From Eutreptiella sp. 'Long Island Sound 2002' (lineage: Eukaryota > Protista > Euglenida), in assembly GCA_964036045.1 (NCBI GenBank), contig OZ038378.1:141546001-141610000 (forward strand): a DNA stretch of 64,000 nt, in the 5' to 3' direction. Under the pieces are notes generated by a model. That model saw nothing but the letters and a program-made list of their open reading frames with translations, ran no database searches and was not told the DNA's origin. Within the stretch, counting starts at the first letter, position 1. Each line of letters opens with the position of its first letter. Shown piece by piece: positions 1 through 10,083 of this stretch. A program made the position numbers and the translations under genes.

Positions 1-1
1 T

Positions 2-235
2 GCTGAGTCGGGGGACCATCTCCCCCACACGGATGTTTCGACGGCCCCAAACGTGCTGCCCCCGCCTGACCGCTACCCCTCGAGCTGCCACATCTCGACC
101 TTCGTGGCCCTCTCCCCCCAGTACCGCATCAACGTCCAGGCGGGAGCGGCGCTGGGGGAGGCCACGGAGGAGAGGTGGGACGAGGTCCTCCTCCAACAAG
201 GGGAGGTCCTCGTCCCCGTCAGCACTACCCGGCAC
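2..235 (+). CDS. Partial 2OG-Fe(II) dioxygenase-like (double-stranded beta-helix) coding segment, open at the window edge
   Basis: The frame from nt 2 reads AESGDHLPHTDVSTAPNVLPPPDRYPSSCHISTFVALSPQYRINVQAGAALGEATEERWDEVLLQQGEVLVPVSTTRH. It has an H-x-D motif (HTD), a hydrophobic strand (STFVAL), and a V-x-L-x-x-G-E-V-L-V strand followed by a distal His. Coding character stops at CAC|gtacgc (possible donor, or truncation by the adjacent hairpin repeat). Confidence 0.45.
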
Positions 236-246
236 GTACGCGAAAA

Positions 247-298
247 TTGGGCCAAATTCGCGCGAAGTTTGCGCGAAGTTCGCGCGAATTTGGCCCAA
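247..298. repeat. Perfect 20-bp inverted repeat (hairpin), probably the end of a MITE-like repeat
   Basis: ttgggccaaattcgcgcgaa (247-266) is the reverse complement of ttcgcgcgaatttggcccaa (279-298); 12-nt loop. Confidence 0.8.
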
Positions 299-1339
299 AT
301 TCGCATTCGCAAGGGTCACAGCAGACACAGGCGAATGGCACAATACGAATAGGGCATCAAACGGCCACCATGGCCACCTGGTGTGTAGAAAAGGGGTGGT
401 TTTTTCTCGCAGGGACCTGTATTTTATTTTTTTCGAATTTTTGAAACCATATCCTGCATCCCAACCCATTGAAAAAGGCCTTTTTCGGACAAAATAGTTG
501 TTTTGGACACCCATATTCGCATTCTCATTCAAAAGTTCCCTTAAGAGCCATTCGCAAAGAGTTTCATTGTTTCTATGGTTTCAGAGGAGTATTCCTGCCC
601 TGTGGCACCTGCGGCGCGCATGTGTAGCCCTCTTTTGACATAATTGGCACACAGGTGAATTACGCTTGGAGCCGAATTTTTGCCTAAACTGCCGACAGGT
701 GAGCTGTCGCATGAAATATGTAATAAGCGAATTTTAGCTTAAACTTCGTTTGCAAATGAAGCTAAAATTAAGACAAGTGCAGTTGCCATGTAAAAAGTAG
801 TCGAAAATCCACGAAAACAACTTGTCTCAGCCTAATTTGAAAATTCAAACCCCCAATTCAGTATCTTAACCGCACCGCAGCATGAGTAGCATGGCCATGC
901 ACAAGCAACAAGATGCACGGTATCCCTTGGAGAAGCTTGATGGCATTTTGTTTTACTTTTTTCAATTGAAGCCAGTACCGATAGCCGCAAGGATGGAGTA
1001 AACCGTCTCTGACCATTGCCCCACAAGTTTTTGAAAAAGAGGGTTCACATAGGTGAGTTTCCGTTTGCATAGCACATTAAGCAAGTCACCTCGAAGAGAG
1101 GCCATTAGATCAAGCGTCGGCGCAGGCGTCGTATACCCCCCCTTTTTTTTCTGGGTCTTTCGCATACCATAATCCAAGGTAAGGTTTCTGACGTCTAACC
1201 CCTTGTAAAAATCATCATTTTAGGACCGAAAATGATCACCCAATTTTTTTTTTGGGATTTTGACCCCCCGTATTTGCAATTTTCCACCCTCTACAGCTCT
1301 ACACCTGGAAAATTTTCAAACCAAAAATTTTTGACATTC

Positions 1340-1610
1340 TGACCATTGACAATGACAAAATATCCAATGTCAAGCATGTTTTAGACCCTCTTTTTGTGTT
1401 CTTCACCCCATTTGGGTGTTTTTTTTGGGGGGGGGGTCCCCAGGGTTGCTGGAGCACAACCTACCAGTTTTCCGGCCTCTGCAGCCAAAAAAAATGTAAA
1501 TTTCCAAAGCTGTTTTTTTATACGGTGACCATTTACAATGATCAAATACCCTATGTAAAACGTGCTTTAGACCCTATTCATGTGCTTTTCACCCTATCTG
1601 GGTGTTTGGA
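1340..1610. repeat. Diverged tandem duplication, period ~186 bp
   Basis: tgaccattgacaatgacaaaatatccaatgtcaagcatgttttagaccct (from 1340) versus tgaccatttacaatgatcaaataccctatgtaaaacgtgctttagaccct (from 1526). Confidence 0.6.
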
Positions 1611-2006
1611 CGCGGGCTTATTGTACAAAGGTTACCAAAGCACTGTGTTACCGATGCACATTTTTTCCATCAATCATCGACATTGTCCATTGGCAATACC
1701 ATAGCTCCATCTATGGGGGGTGCCCAAGTGCAATCCTTGACCCCCATCCCCCACCCCCACCCCCATGCCCCCTCCAAGGGGTCAAAATGTTTAAAATGTC
1801 CCGACCATAGTTCAAGCCAATATGGAGAAATTGGTTGGCGCCGGGGGTGGTTGGTTCTCAACCGGCGAGGGGCGGGGGTCAATAGAGCCCCCAAAATCCG
1901 GGGTGAGGGGGGGGTTGGGAAAAGGGCTCAATTGACAGGCACCATTCTTGCATGGAGAGGAGGCACCACTTTGTCTCTTGTTCATGTCCCCCCACCATGG
2001 GGAACC

Positions 2007-2069
2007 GCTGTTCGCTTTAGCTAACAAGAGTTGCACTCCCTATCTGCTTTGCTTTATGATTGTTGTTAC
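2007..2069 (+). repeat. Split direct repeat A1 (left terminus of the YR retrotransposon)
   Basis: gctgttcgctttagctaacaagagttgcactccctatctgctttgctttatgattgttgttac, repeated at 6740-6802. Confidence 0.9.
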
Positions 2070-2120
2070 TCCAGAATTTACTAAAAAAAATCACACGGCC
2101 TTCAGCACGAAAGTTCTGTT

Positions 2121-3202
2121 GTGTTTCGCTCAAGCCGCTTCAGTCTTCGTCTCCAAGAACACTTTTCAGACCTGCCGCCTCTTGAACCAGTGCTTTGCGC
2201 CGTGCGATTCACCATCAGATGTCCGACTCCCTCACTTTCAACCGACTACTTTCTGGGTGGGGTCCACGAGGACTTTGTGAAGGACACGGACCGCCGGCAG
2301 TGGGCTTGCACCAAAACAGCAGTGGAGAAGTCGTTGAGGAGCCTAGGGGACCACCGACAGGCCTGGTTGCGGGACTTTGCTGTGTTCGTCTCCTTTTCTG
2401 GTTCGGAGTCAGAGTTCTTGGAGAGGGTAATTCCCTTATGGAGGGGGATCACTTTGGACTCATAACCAGGAGCTTTTCGGAAGACCTCTCAGCCACAGCC
2501 ACAGGCCTCGACTACAGACCCGGCAGTGCTCAAAATTCTGGATGACCAAGGAATCCTGATTAAGTCCCTGACTCACAGTTGCAGGCCCTGTCCGAGGCCC
2601 CCGACAAGGGAAAACCCCTGGTTCCCCCGCTTTCATTCCAGGCCAGAGCAGAAACCGAGCTCCATACGAATAATCCTCAGTGGGTGACCCGGGCCCTGTT
2701 CCTCTTCACCACTTTCCTGAGACACCAGACCCCTTCCGCAGACACAGAGCTGAAGTCGATCCTCCTGACAACAGAGGAGAAGAAGGACAATACACCATGG
2801 GCGGCTCTTAAGCCCCCAAAGGCTGGTCGCGATGCAGACATGCGGGATCACCCGACGGTCCCTAAGAGGTTTGTGGGTTTTGTCGACACTATGTGGGTCC
2901 TGGTCACCATGGCGACGGAGACGTACAAGGAGAGATACGAGGGTTCCAGTCACTCGTCGTCTTCATCCAAGAGTAGGCTGGAGGCCGAAATTCGGGACGA
3001 TGAAGGCCTGACGGAGGCCGTCAAGAGATTGAAACGGGTAATGCGCAAGAGATTCAAATATGTAGGAGGCGTGGAATACTTCGAAATACACAAAGGAGAA
3101 TGGATCAAAACGAGCGAACAGCCGGTCGGGCCGTGTAAAACCTGCAGGGAACGTGGAGAAATTGTGCGCCACTGGGTATGGCGCTTTTTGTATCTCGAAT
3201 GA
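2121..3202 (+). pseudogene. Gag-like ORF1 of the YR retrotransposon (one stop, one frameshift)
   Basis: ORFs 2121-2465 and 2579-3202 join across a stop and a frameshift near 2575. The C-terminal CKTCRERGEIVRHW is a Cys/His knuckle-like motif. Position is between A1 and the YR ORF. Confidence 0.5.
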
Positions 3203-4118
3203 CGAGACATACGGGGGGATCTGGGGACGTAATCGCCAGTCTCAACACCTCATGAGACCCAGCCCCCCCCCCCCCCGGGCGACAGTTGGAAGGGGATCCT
3301 TATCGACTGGGTCAAGATCGGAGGACTCTGGCGAGAATTGGGCTTTTCAGACCCGGCAGACAACGTACAGGCTTGCCTGGTCAAGCAGCTGGAAGGAGGG
3401 TAGCCGTAAAAACTACGGATCCCATTTGCGCCGGTTTGGATTCTTCCACCGACCTACCCCCGCTGAGGAGACCCAGAAGGTGGCTGAAGAGGTCCTCCTC
3501 CTCCTCTTCAAGTCGGGATATCGCCCAGCTACACTCCATGGAGCGGTGTCGGCCCTTAAAGCCGACAGATTATTGGGATGGATCCCGGACCACGATTGGA
3601 ACCGCCTTTGGCGACTTGCGAAAGCGCCGGTGGCCACCAAAGGTGAGCGAGCCTATGCAGGCCCACACGTCCTACAGACCATGGCGGAGGAATGCAGCAC
3701 CCCTACCGACTGGTCCGTCTTTGCCGCAGCCGCCATTTCCTTTGCATGCCTCACAAGGGTGGGGGAGATCGCCTCCATCCGCTGCTCAGGATTGCGTACT
3801 GGTTCGGTATCCTACTGGGGGATTAAGAGAGACGAACACTAGGTCTCGAGGGACATGGGGCGTTACGTCGGGGAGTGGGTCCTCTGGCTCAGGAAAACGC
3901 ATGTGGGTCGTGAAGTCCTCCTCCGCAGCTCGTCCTACTTGGAAGAGGGCATGGCTCGCCTCCTCCAGGGCTCCATGTACGCCAGCTACCACTGGCACAG
4001 TTGGCGACGTGCGGATGCAGCATTCGTGCGCTAGAAAGGCCTCCCATGGCGCCACTTATGTTGGTGGGGCCGCCGGGCCAGCTTCATGATGGCCCACTGG
4101 TATGCTGCCGCCCCCGAC
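3203..4118 (+). pseudogene. Tyrosine recombinase of the retroelement (single frame, two in-frame TAG stops)
   Basis: One frame contains FACLTRVGEIASIR (catalytic R), WGIKRD (K), YHWHSWRRAD (H-x-x-R) and WWGRRASFMMAHWYA (catalytic Y region). Stops are at 3840 and about 4032. The frame continues as a low-complexity linker to 4712. Confidence 0.85.
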
Positions 4119-5149
4119 GAATTCGTCTTTCACCCGGTTTCGCGACTGCCATGGCCGACGTCTACCGGAGTGCGCTGGAAATCAGTGGCCGTGGAGGACT
4201 TGTGGCCCCGATCCCTCATCAACTTGCGTGTACCAGATGAACGCCCGGAAAGACCATCATTCACCGGAGACAAGCGCTCACGAAGGGACCATGATACACC
4301 CGCGGAGGACTCCGAAGGGGACGCGGTACCCCCGCCGTCGACGCTTGCCGCAAAACCGCCGCGAGTTTGGGTTACACCGCCAGGGACGAAAGCCAGCGCC
4401 GCATCCTCCAGAGCACGAAAGCAGCCCAAGGTCACAGAGCCCGGAGTCCAAGGGTCCGAATGCCAGCCTCCTGATGGTCCACAGGGTCCCTTGGCGTCCA
4501 AGTTCGCGGGACGCATAAGAAGTTCAACCTCAGCCGCCGGTTCCGCCCCCTCCGACAAACCATCGGCTCCAGCACTCTCCAAGTTTGTGGGCCGATTTAG
4601 GAATTCGGCCACAGGGGCCCGACGATGCCCGAAGCGAGCTATCGGCAAAACCCTCCGCCCGTCCAAGCAACTGCTCTGTCGACACGAGGGAACAAGCCGT
4701 GGAGGACCTTGAACTCCCCAAGGGGATTACGAAGGCTGGCTCACGCTTCCGAAGGCTTGAGGCCACCCCTGCAGGCCCTCCCCCTGTTGCGGTCCCGTCT
4801 CCGGTTATTGATCTTACGGGGTAGAGAGATTGCGGAGGATTTGGGGGTGTCAGACTTTGACGAGGCCCTCATGGTGGCGTTGGATTGTCTGGCGCCTGGT
4901 ACATGGGCCGTGGTGTTCAAGGGCTCGACTTCGCCGAAGCCTAAGCTCGTCGTCCTCTCTGAGGAAGTCTTGGGTAGGGGCATTGGGGAGGTGGGGTCTA
5001 TCAACATCCCCCCCTTCGTTTGGCATGCCGTGGTTCCCGAGGAATTTTCTGCGATTGCCTCCCGCCCTTTACAGGGGATTAGACCGGTCTCAGAGGATGG
5101 CCTCCGTAAGGCGAGGGCTCTGGTGAGACGGGGTGTTACAGCCTTGTGA

Positions 5150-6477
5150 CCCCTCTTTGCCCCCGAATGGGTGGCTATTCCCCGTCCGCAAAAACCGGGA
5201 AAAGGCATCTGTGATTGTTCATTTGGTGAATTTTAATAGTCAGCACCAAACCAAACCGGCGTCCTTCACCCTCCCGGTGGTGGAGGACCTAGGTTTTCTG
5301 ATTTGAGCTCACCATATGAGTGCGGGGTCCGGCCATTTGTCTCTACCACCCCCCCCTTGTGGCCTCTTTGAATGACCCGTTTTTGCATGCTTTGGAGCAA
5401 TTGCGCCTGCCCCCCCCCCCCCCAGGTGCCCCTTTGCTTCTGTGCCACGTAGACCTTAAAAATGCCTTCTGGAGTTTGAGATTGCCCCCCGAATACTAGG
5501 ATTCTTCCAGAGTCCATATTGACCTATGGGTCGGCACGACCTATGGGTTTTCATGCCTGCCTTTCGGCTAGCAGTTTTCCCCATCCATCTGCCATACAGT
5601 CTTAGGTCTTATCCTGGACCGCCTTTCCCTGGTGTCTGTTTTGGTTTTTCACTACCTCGACGACTTTTTAGTGGTTGGTTATGGCTTAGGCAACGTAAGA
5701 TCTGCGGCTGGCCAGCTATGCTCCGCCTTGCGTCTCGAGGGCGCCATCATTTGCCCAAAAAGCATCCTGGAGCCGGTCCCTGAGATTGATTGGTTGGGTA
5801 AACGCCCCGTGCTTTCGGGGGAACTTGTGGGGGTATTTGCGATGGCGGGGGGGGGGGGGGGGGGGGGGTGGTAAATCCTGGTTGGCATGTGGCTACGCAC
5901 TGCCATCTTGCCCATGTCTCGTCAGCATGCACGCCGGGTGATAGGTGGCTTTTCTTGGGCCATGAGACCACAAATTGGGGCCTGCCCTTTCCTGGCGGGC
6001 TGGTGGTGCCACATGATGTGGGGTGACTCTTCTGTAAGGGTCTGTCCGCTCAAGCTCGTGCCGAGTCTCCTGCATTGCCTGGTTATGGTTTGCCGGGGCT
6101 GGACTCCAGCTATTGTTCTACCCCCTCCTCCTGCTTCAAGAGGCTTGTTTTTTGTTGACGCAGCACTTGATATCCACACTTACAAAGTAGGCCTGTGGGG
6201 CCCAGCTTTCGGTGGTAGGGTTTTTAAATGCAGCAATGGCGTGCGCACGCAACAAGAGGCCGAGTTGGATGGGGTTATAAAAGGGTTGCGCTTCATAGCT
6301 AACGTGAATTGGCCGGTTTTTCGACTTGTAGGAGACAATGCTGCGTCCCTGGAGCAGGCTGCAGGTATGCGGGCGTCTTCAGGTCTTCACCGCCACAATA
6401 GGCAACTGCGCAGACTTTTTATCTCTCCCTCAGAGCCCCCCGTTCCACCTTCCTTGAATGGGTCCTTGGTGATTTAA
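5150..6477 (+). pseudogene. Reverse transcriptase plus RNase H of the retroelement (frameshifted)
   Basis: RT motifs: EKASVIVHLVNFN...FTLP, DLKNAFWSLRLPP, CLPFG*QFSP, FHYLDDFLVVG, KSILEPVPEIDWLGK. RNase H motifs: FFVDAA, TQQEAELDGV, VGDNAASL. Confidence 0.85.
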
Positions 6478-6710
6478 ATCCCGCAGACTGTTTCAGCAGG
6501 ATCGACAGTGATTTTTTTGGGGCAGCTACGCTATGGCTGCAGCGTCAGCGTGGAACCAATTCCGGGCTCTGCTTACGTTCCTTGACTGTTTGGACCTTGT
6601 CTTTCCCTAAGGGACGCCTGGGTGCTTCACGCAACCGGAATTCTTGCCTTGTTGGTGCGGGAGGGTGTGTGTGTTTCAGGAGTAAAGCAGCGCGCCGAAT
6701 TAATCATATG

Positions 6711-6831
6711 GCTTCCGATTTTACTTTGCTTGTGCAACCGCTGTTTGCTTTAGCTAACAAGAGTTGCACTCCCTATCTGCTTTGCTTTATGATTGTTGTT
6801 ACGCTTCCGATTTTACTTCGCTTGTGCAACC
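6711..6831 (+). repeat. Split direct repeats B1-A2-B2 (right terminus of the YR retrotransposon)
   Basis: B1 gcttccgattttactttgcttgtgcaacc, then A2, then B2 gcttccgattttacttcgcttgtgcaacc. Confidence 0.9.
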
Positions 6832-7110
6832 CCGAGAAGGTAGGGGTCATGTAGCCATTTTGATCCTTCCCCACTATGGGGACCCCCAGAGGCAGGGGTT
6901 GTGTTGCCATTCCGCCCACTTCTAGGCCCCTCAGAAGGTAGGGGTGATGTAGCCACTTTTGATCTTATCCCCTTTTATGTGCACCCAGAGAACGCAGGGG
7001 TTGCATAGCAATTCTGCCCACTTCTAGGCCCCCGAGAAGGCAAGGGTGATGTAGCCATTTCTGATTTTGTCCCTCTTTCTGGGGACCCCCGAGAACGCCG
7101 GGGTTGCTTG
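6832..7110. repeat. Array of a dispersed ~50-bp (dimer ~100-bp) repeat family, consensus core ggggacccc.agaagg.agggg..atgtagcca...tctgattttgtcccc
   Basis: Several diverged units here. Related arrays lie at about 24725-24945, 30530-30690, 34830-35235, 49855-50070, 52830-53130 and 54700-54940. Confidence 0.8.
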
Positions 7111-7344
7111 AATGCCGTACACGCAGTTTGCACACAGTGCAAAGTTTTGTATGGCAGCAAATACTCAAACCCTAGTTCCGGCCTCCTTCCACGAAAATTT
7201 TGTTCCATGGCAGGGTTTTTTAAGCTTCCTATGCATTCGGACGGATTATGTAGCCATTCTGCCCACCTCTGGGCCGAGTGCCTTCTGCAAGGTCTACGGC
7301 CGATGGGCCCCTGTGTTGGGACATTCTTTTTTTTCTTCTCATCA

Positions 7345-7572
7345 GGCCTCTTTCCGGTTGGGGATATGGATCGGCCCCTTTCCAGTCGGGGATATGGATT
7401 GGCCCCTTTCCGGTTGGGGATGGGGATTGGCCCATTTCTAGTTGGGGTTATGAACTGGCCCTTTTCCGGTTGGGGATATGGACCGGCCCCTTTCCAATTG
7501 GGGATATGGATTGGCCCCTTTCCAGTTGGGGATATGGACCGGCCCCTTTCTAGTTGGGGATTGGCCCTTTTC
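7345..7572. repeat. 28-bp tandem repeat, about 8 units
   Basis: Unit ggggatatggattggcccctttccagtt, repeated head-to-tail without spacers. Confidence 0.9.
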
Positions 7573-7796
7573 TTTTTGTGGGTAAGTGGTCCAAGGGGCG
7601 GTTCCCCTTTTCAAAATCCGGCTTGCACGGTGCCCAATCCCAAACATGTGTGTTTCCAAACCTAGACCACAACACATGCACTCACCACAAAGCGATGGGA
7701 GAGTCGGCACCCTGGAAAGCAGTGGTGGCAAAACAACGGTAGTGGGCACCGTGTCGGTTTGCACAATGCCAAAATAGTGCCAATAGGAAGCAAGTA

Positions 7797-8013
7797 GAGC
7801 CCTATGCAGTTCACCCCACCATGGGGACCCCTTTGCCTAGGGTTATGGAGCCTTACTGATTTCTCCCAACTATGGGTCCCCTTGGCATGGGCTTATGGAG
7901 CCTTATTCAGTTCACCCCACCATGGAGACCCCGTGGCCTTTGGTTATGGAGCCTTATTCAGTTCTCCCCACCATGGGGACCCCTTGGCCTAGGGTTCTGG
8001 AGCCTTATTCAGG
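7797..8013. repeat. 51-bp tandem repeat, about 4 units
   Basis: gagccttattcagttcaccccaccatggggaccccttggcctagggttatg; units start at 7797, 7848, 7898, 7949 and 8000. Confidence 0.85.
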
Positions 8014-8074
8014 TCCCTGTGTTCGTTGACCCAATTGTATCTCTCTTCTTGCCTTTGTAGACACCACCCAGAAA

Positions 8075-8300
8075 ATGCCTACTACAAGGCATGAGTCCTA
8101 CCCATGTGCATGTGGGCTAGTCCTCAAGGAAGGCACGGACGACAATATTAAAGCTCATCTATCAAGTGCGAAGCATAAGGGTCGCATTGAGAAGCTAGTT
8201 GACAAGCGGGACCATACTTGTGCATGTGGGAAAGTGATGAAGGCAGTCAGGTCAGGGCAAATAGCCCAACATGAGCAATTTTGCCGAGAACTTGGATGGC
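8075..8300 (+). CDS. Short ORF head with two C-x-C...H zinc-finger-like motifs, running into the 12-bp minisatellite
   Basis: MPTTRHESYPCACGLVLKEGTDDNIKAHLSSAKH and DHTCACGKVMKAVRSGQIAQHEQFC; non-repetitive, protein-like sequence. The frame stays open into the repeat until 8695. Confidence 0.4.
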
Positions 8301-10083
8301 CACTCCGGCGATCACTCGAGCGGCCACTCGGGCAGTCACTCGCGCGGTCACTCGGGCGGTCACTCGGGCGGTCACTCGGGCGGTCACTTGGGCGGTCACT
8401 CGGGAGGCCACTGGGGCTGTCACTCGGACCGTCACTAAGGTGGTCACTCGGGCGGTCACTCAGGTGGTCACTTGGGCGGTCACTCGGGCGGTCACTGGGG
8501 TGGTCACTCGGGTGGTCACTCGGGTGGTCACTCGGGCGGTCACTCGGGCGGTCACTCGGGCGGTCAGTCGGGAGGCCACTGGGGCTGTCACTCGGACCGC
8601 CACTAAGGTGGTCGCTCGGGCGGTCACTTCGACCGTCACTCGAGCGGCCACTCTGGCGGTCACTCGGGCAGCCCCTCGGGAGGTCAGTCGGGTGATCACT
8701 CGGGTGGTCACTTGCGCGGCCACTCGGGCGGTCACTCGGGCGGTCACTCGGGCGGTCACTCGGGTGGCCATTGGGGCGGCCACTCGGACGGTCACTCGGG
8801 CGGTCACTCGGGCGGTCACTCGGGCAGTCACTCGGGCGGTCACTCGGGCAGCCACTCGGGCGGCCACTCGGGTAGTCACTCGGGCGGTCACTCAGGCAGC
8901 CACTCGGGCGATCACTTGTGTGGTCACCGGGGCGGTCACTCGGGCAGCCACTCGGGCGGCCACTCGGGCGGTCACTTGGGTGGTCATTCGGGCAGCCACT
9001 CGGGCGGCCACTCGGGAGGTCAGTTGGGTGGTCACTCGGGTGGTCACTTGCGCGGCCACTCGGGTGGTCACTCAGGCGGTCACTCGGGCGGTCACTTGGG
9101 TGGCCACTGGGGCGGTCACTCGGGCGGTCACTCGGGCGGTCACTCGGGTAGTCACTCGGGCGGTCACTCAGGCAGCCACTCGGGCGATCACTTGTGTGGT
9201 CACGGGGGCGGTCACTCGGGCAGCCACTCGGGCGGCCACTCGGGCGGTCACTTGGGTGGTCATTCGGGCGGTCACTCGGGCAGCCCCTCGGGAGGTCAGT
9301 TGGGTGGTCACTCGGGTGGTCACTTGCGCGGCCACTCGGGTGGTCACTCGGGCGGTCACTCGGGCGGTCACTCGGGCGGTCACTCGGGCAGCCACTCGGG
9401 CGGCCACTCGGGCGGTCACTTGGGTGGTCATTCGGGCGGTCACTCGGGCAGCCCCTCGGGAGGTCAGTTGGGTGGTCACTCGGGTGGTCACTTGCGCGGC
9501 CACTCGGGTGGTCACTCGGGCGGTCACTCGGGCGGTCACTCGGGCGGTCACTCGGGTGGCCACTGGGGCAGCCACTCGGGCGATCGCTCGGGCGGTCACT
9601 CGGGCGATCGCTCGGGCGGTCACTCGGGTAGCCCCTCGGGAGGTCACTCGGACCGTCACTCGGGTGGTCACTCGGGCGGTCACTTGCGCGGCCACTCGGG
9701 CGGTCACTTGAGCGGCCACTGGGGCGGTCACTCGGGCGGTCACTCGGGCGGTCACTCGGGCGGTCACTCGGGCGGTCACTCGGGTGGCCACTGGGGCGGC
9801 CACTCGGGCGATCGCTCGGGCGGTAACTCGGGCGATCGCTCGGGCGGTCACTCGGGTAGCCCCTCGGGAGGTCAGTCGGGTGGTCACTCGGGTGGTCACT
9901 CGGGCGGTCACTTGCGCGGCCACTCGGGCGGTCACTTGAGCGGCCACTGGGGCGGTCACTCGGGCGGTCACTCGGGTGGCCACTCGGGTGGTCACTAGGG
10001 CGGTCACTCGGGTGGTCACCGGGGCGGCCACTCGGGCGGTCACTCGGGCGGCCACTCGGGCGGTCGCTCGGGTGGTCACTCGG
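8299..10083. repeat. 12-bp minisatellite (TCGGGCGGTCAC)n, ~1.8 kb, with internal higher-order duplications
   Basis: About 150 diverged 12-mers. They translate as (GHSG)n, (VTRA)n and (RSLG)n, which explains the long overlapping ORFs. Confidence 0.95.

Larger units (their letters stand above)
2007..6831 (+). mobile_element. Tyrosine-recombinase retrotransposon, VIPER/TATE-like order (gag-like, YR, RT, RNase H), with split direct repeats A1...B1-A2-B2; degenerate
   Basis: A1 (2007-2069) matches A2 (6740-6802): 63 bp, 1 mismatch. B1 (6711-6739) matches B2 (6803-6831): 29 bp, 1 mismatch. YR motifs lie at about 3740-4110 and RT/RNase H motifs at about 5190-6360, so YR is upstream of RT. Confidence 0.9.

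Noticed and set aside
2007-6831. Classical DIRS1 or LTR retrotransposon call
   Set aside because: There are no inverted terminal repeats with an ICR, no LTR pair or integrase, and YR precedes RT.
7345-8013. CRISPR-like appearance of the 28-bp and 51-bp arrays
   Set aside because: Units are directly adjacent with no unique spacers, there are no cas genes, and the context is eukaryotic.
8281-9998. Long ORFs of 400+ aa: (VTRA)n, (GHSG)n and their antisense equivalents
   Set aside because: They are translations of a 12-bp minisatellite that lacks stops in several frames at once; not independent evidence of genes.
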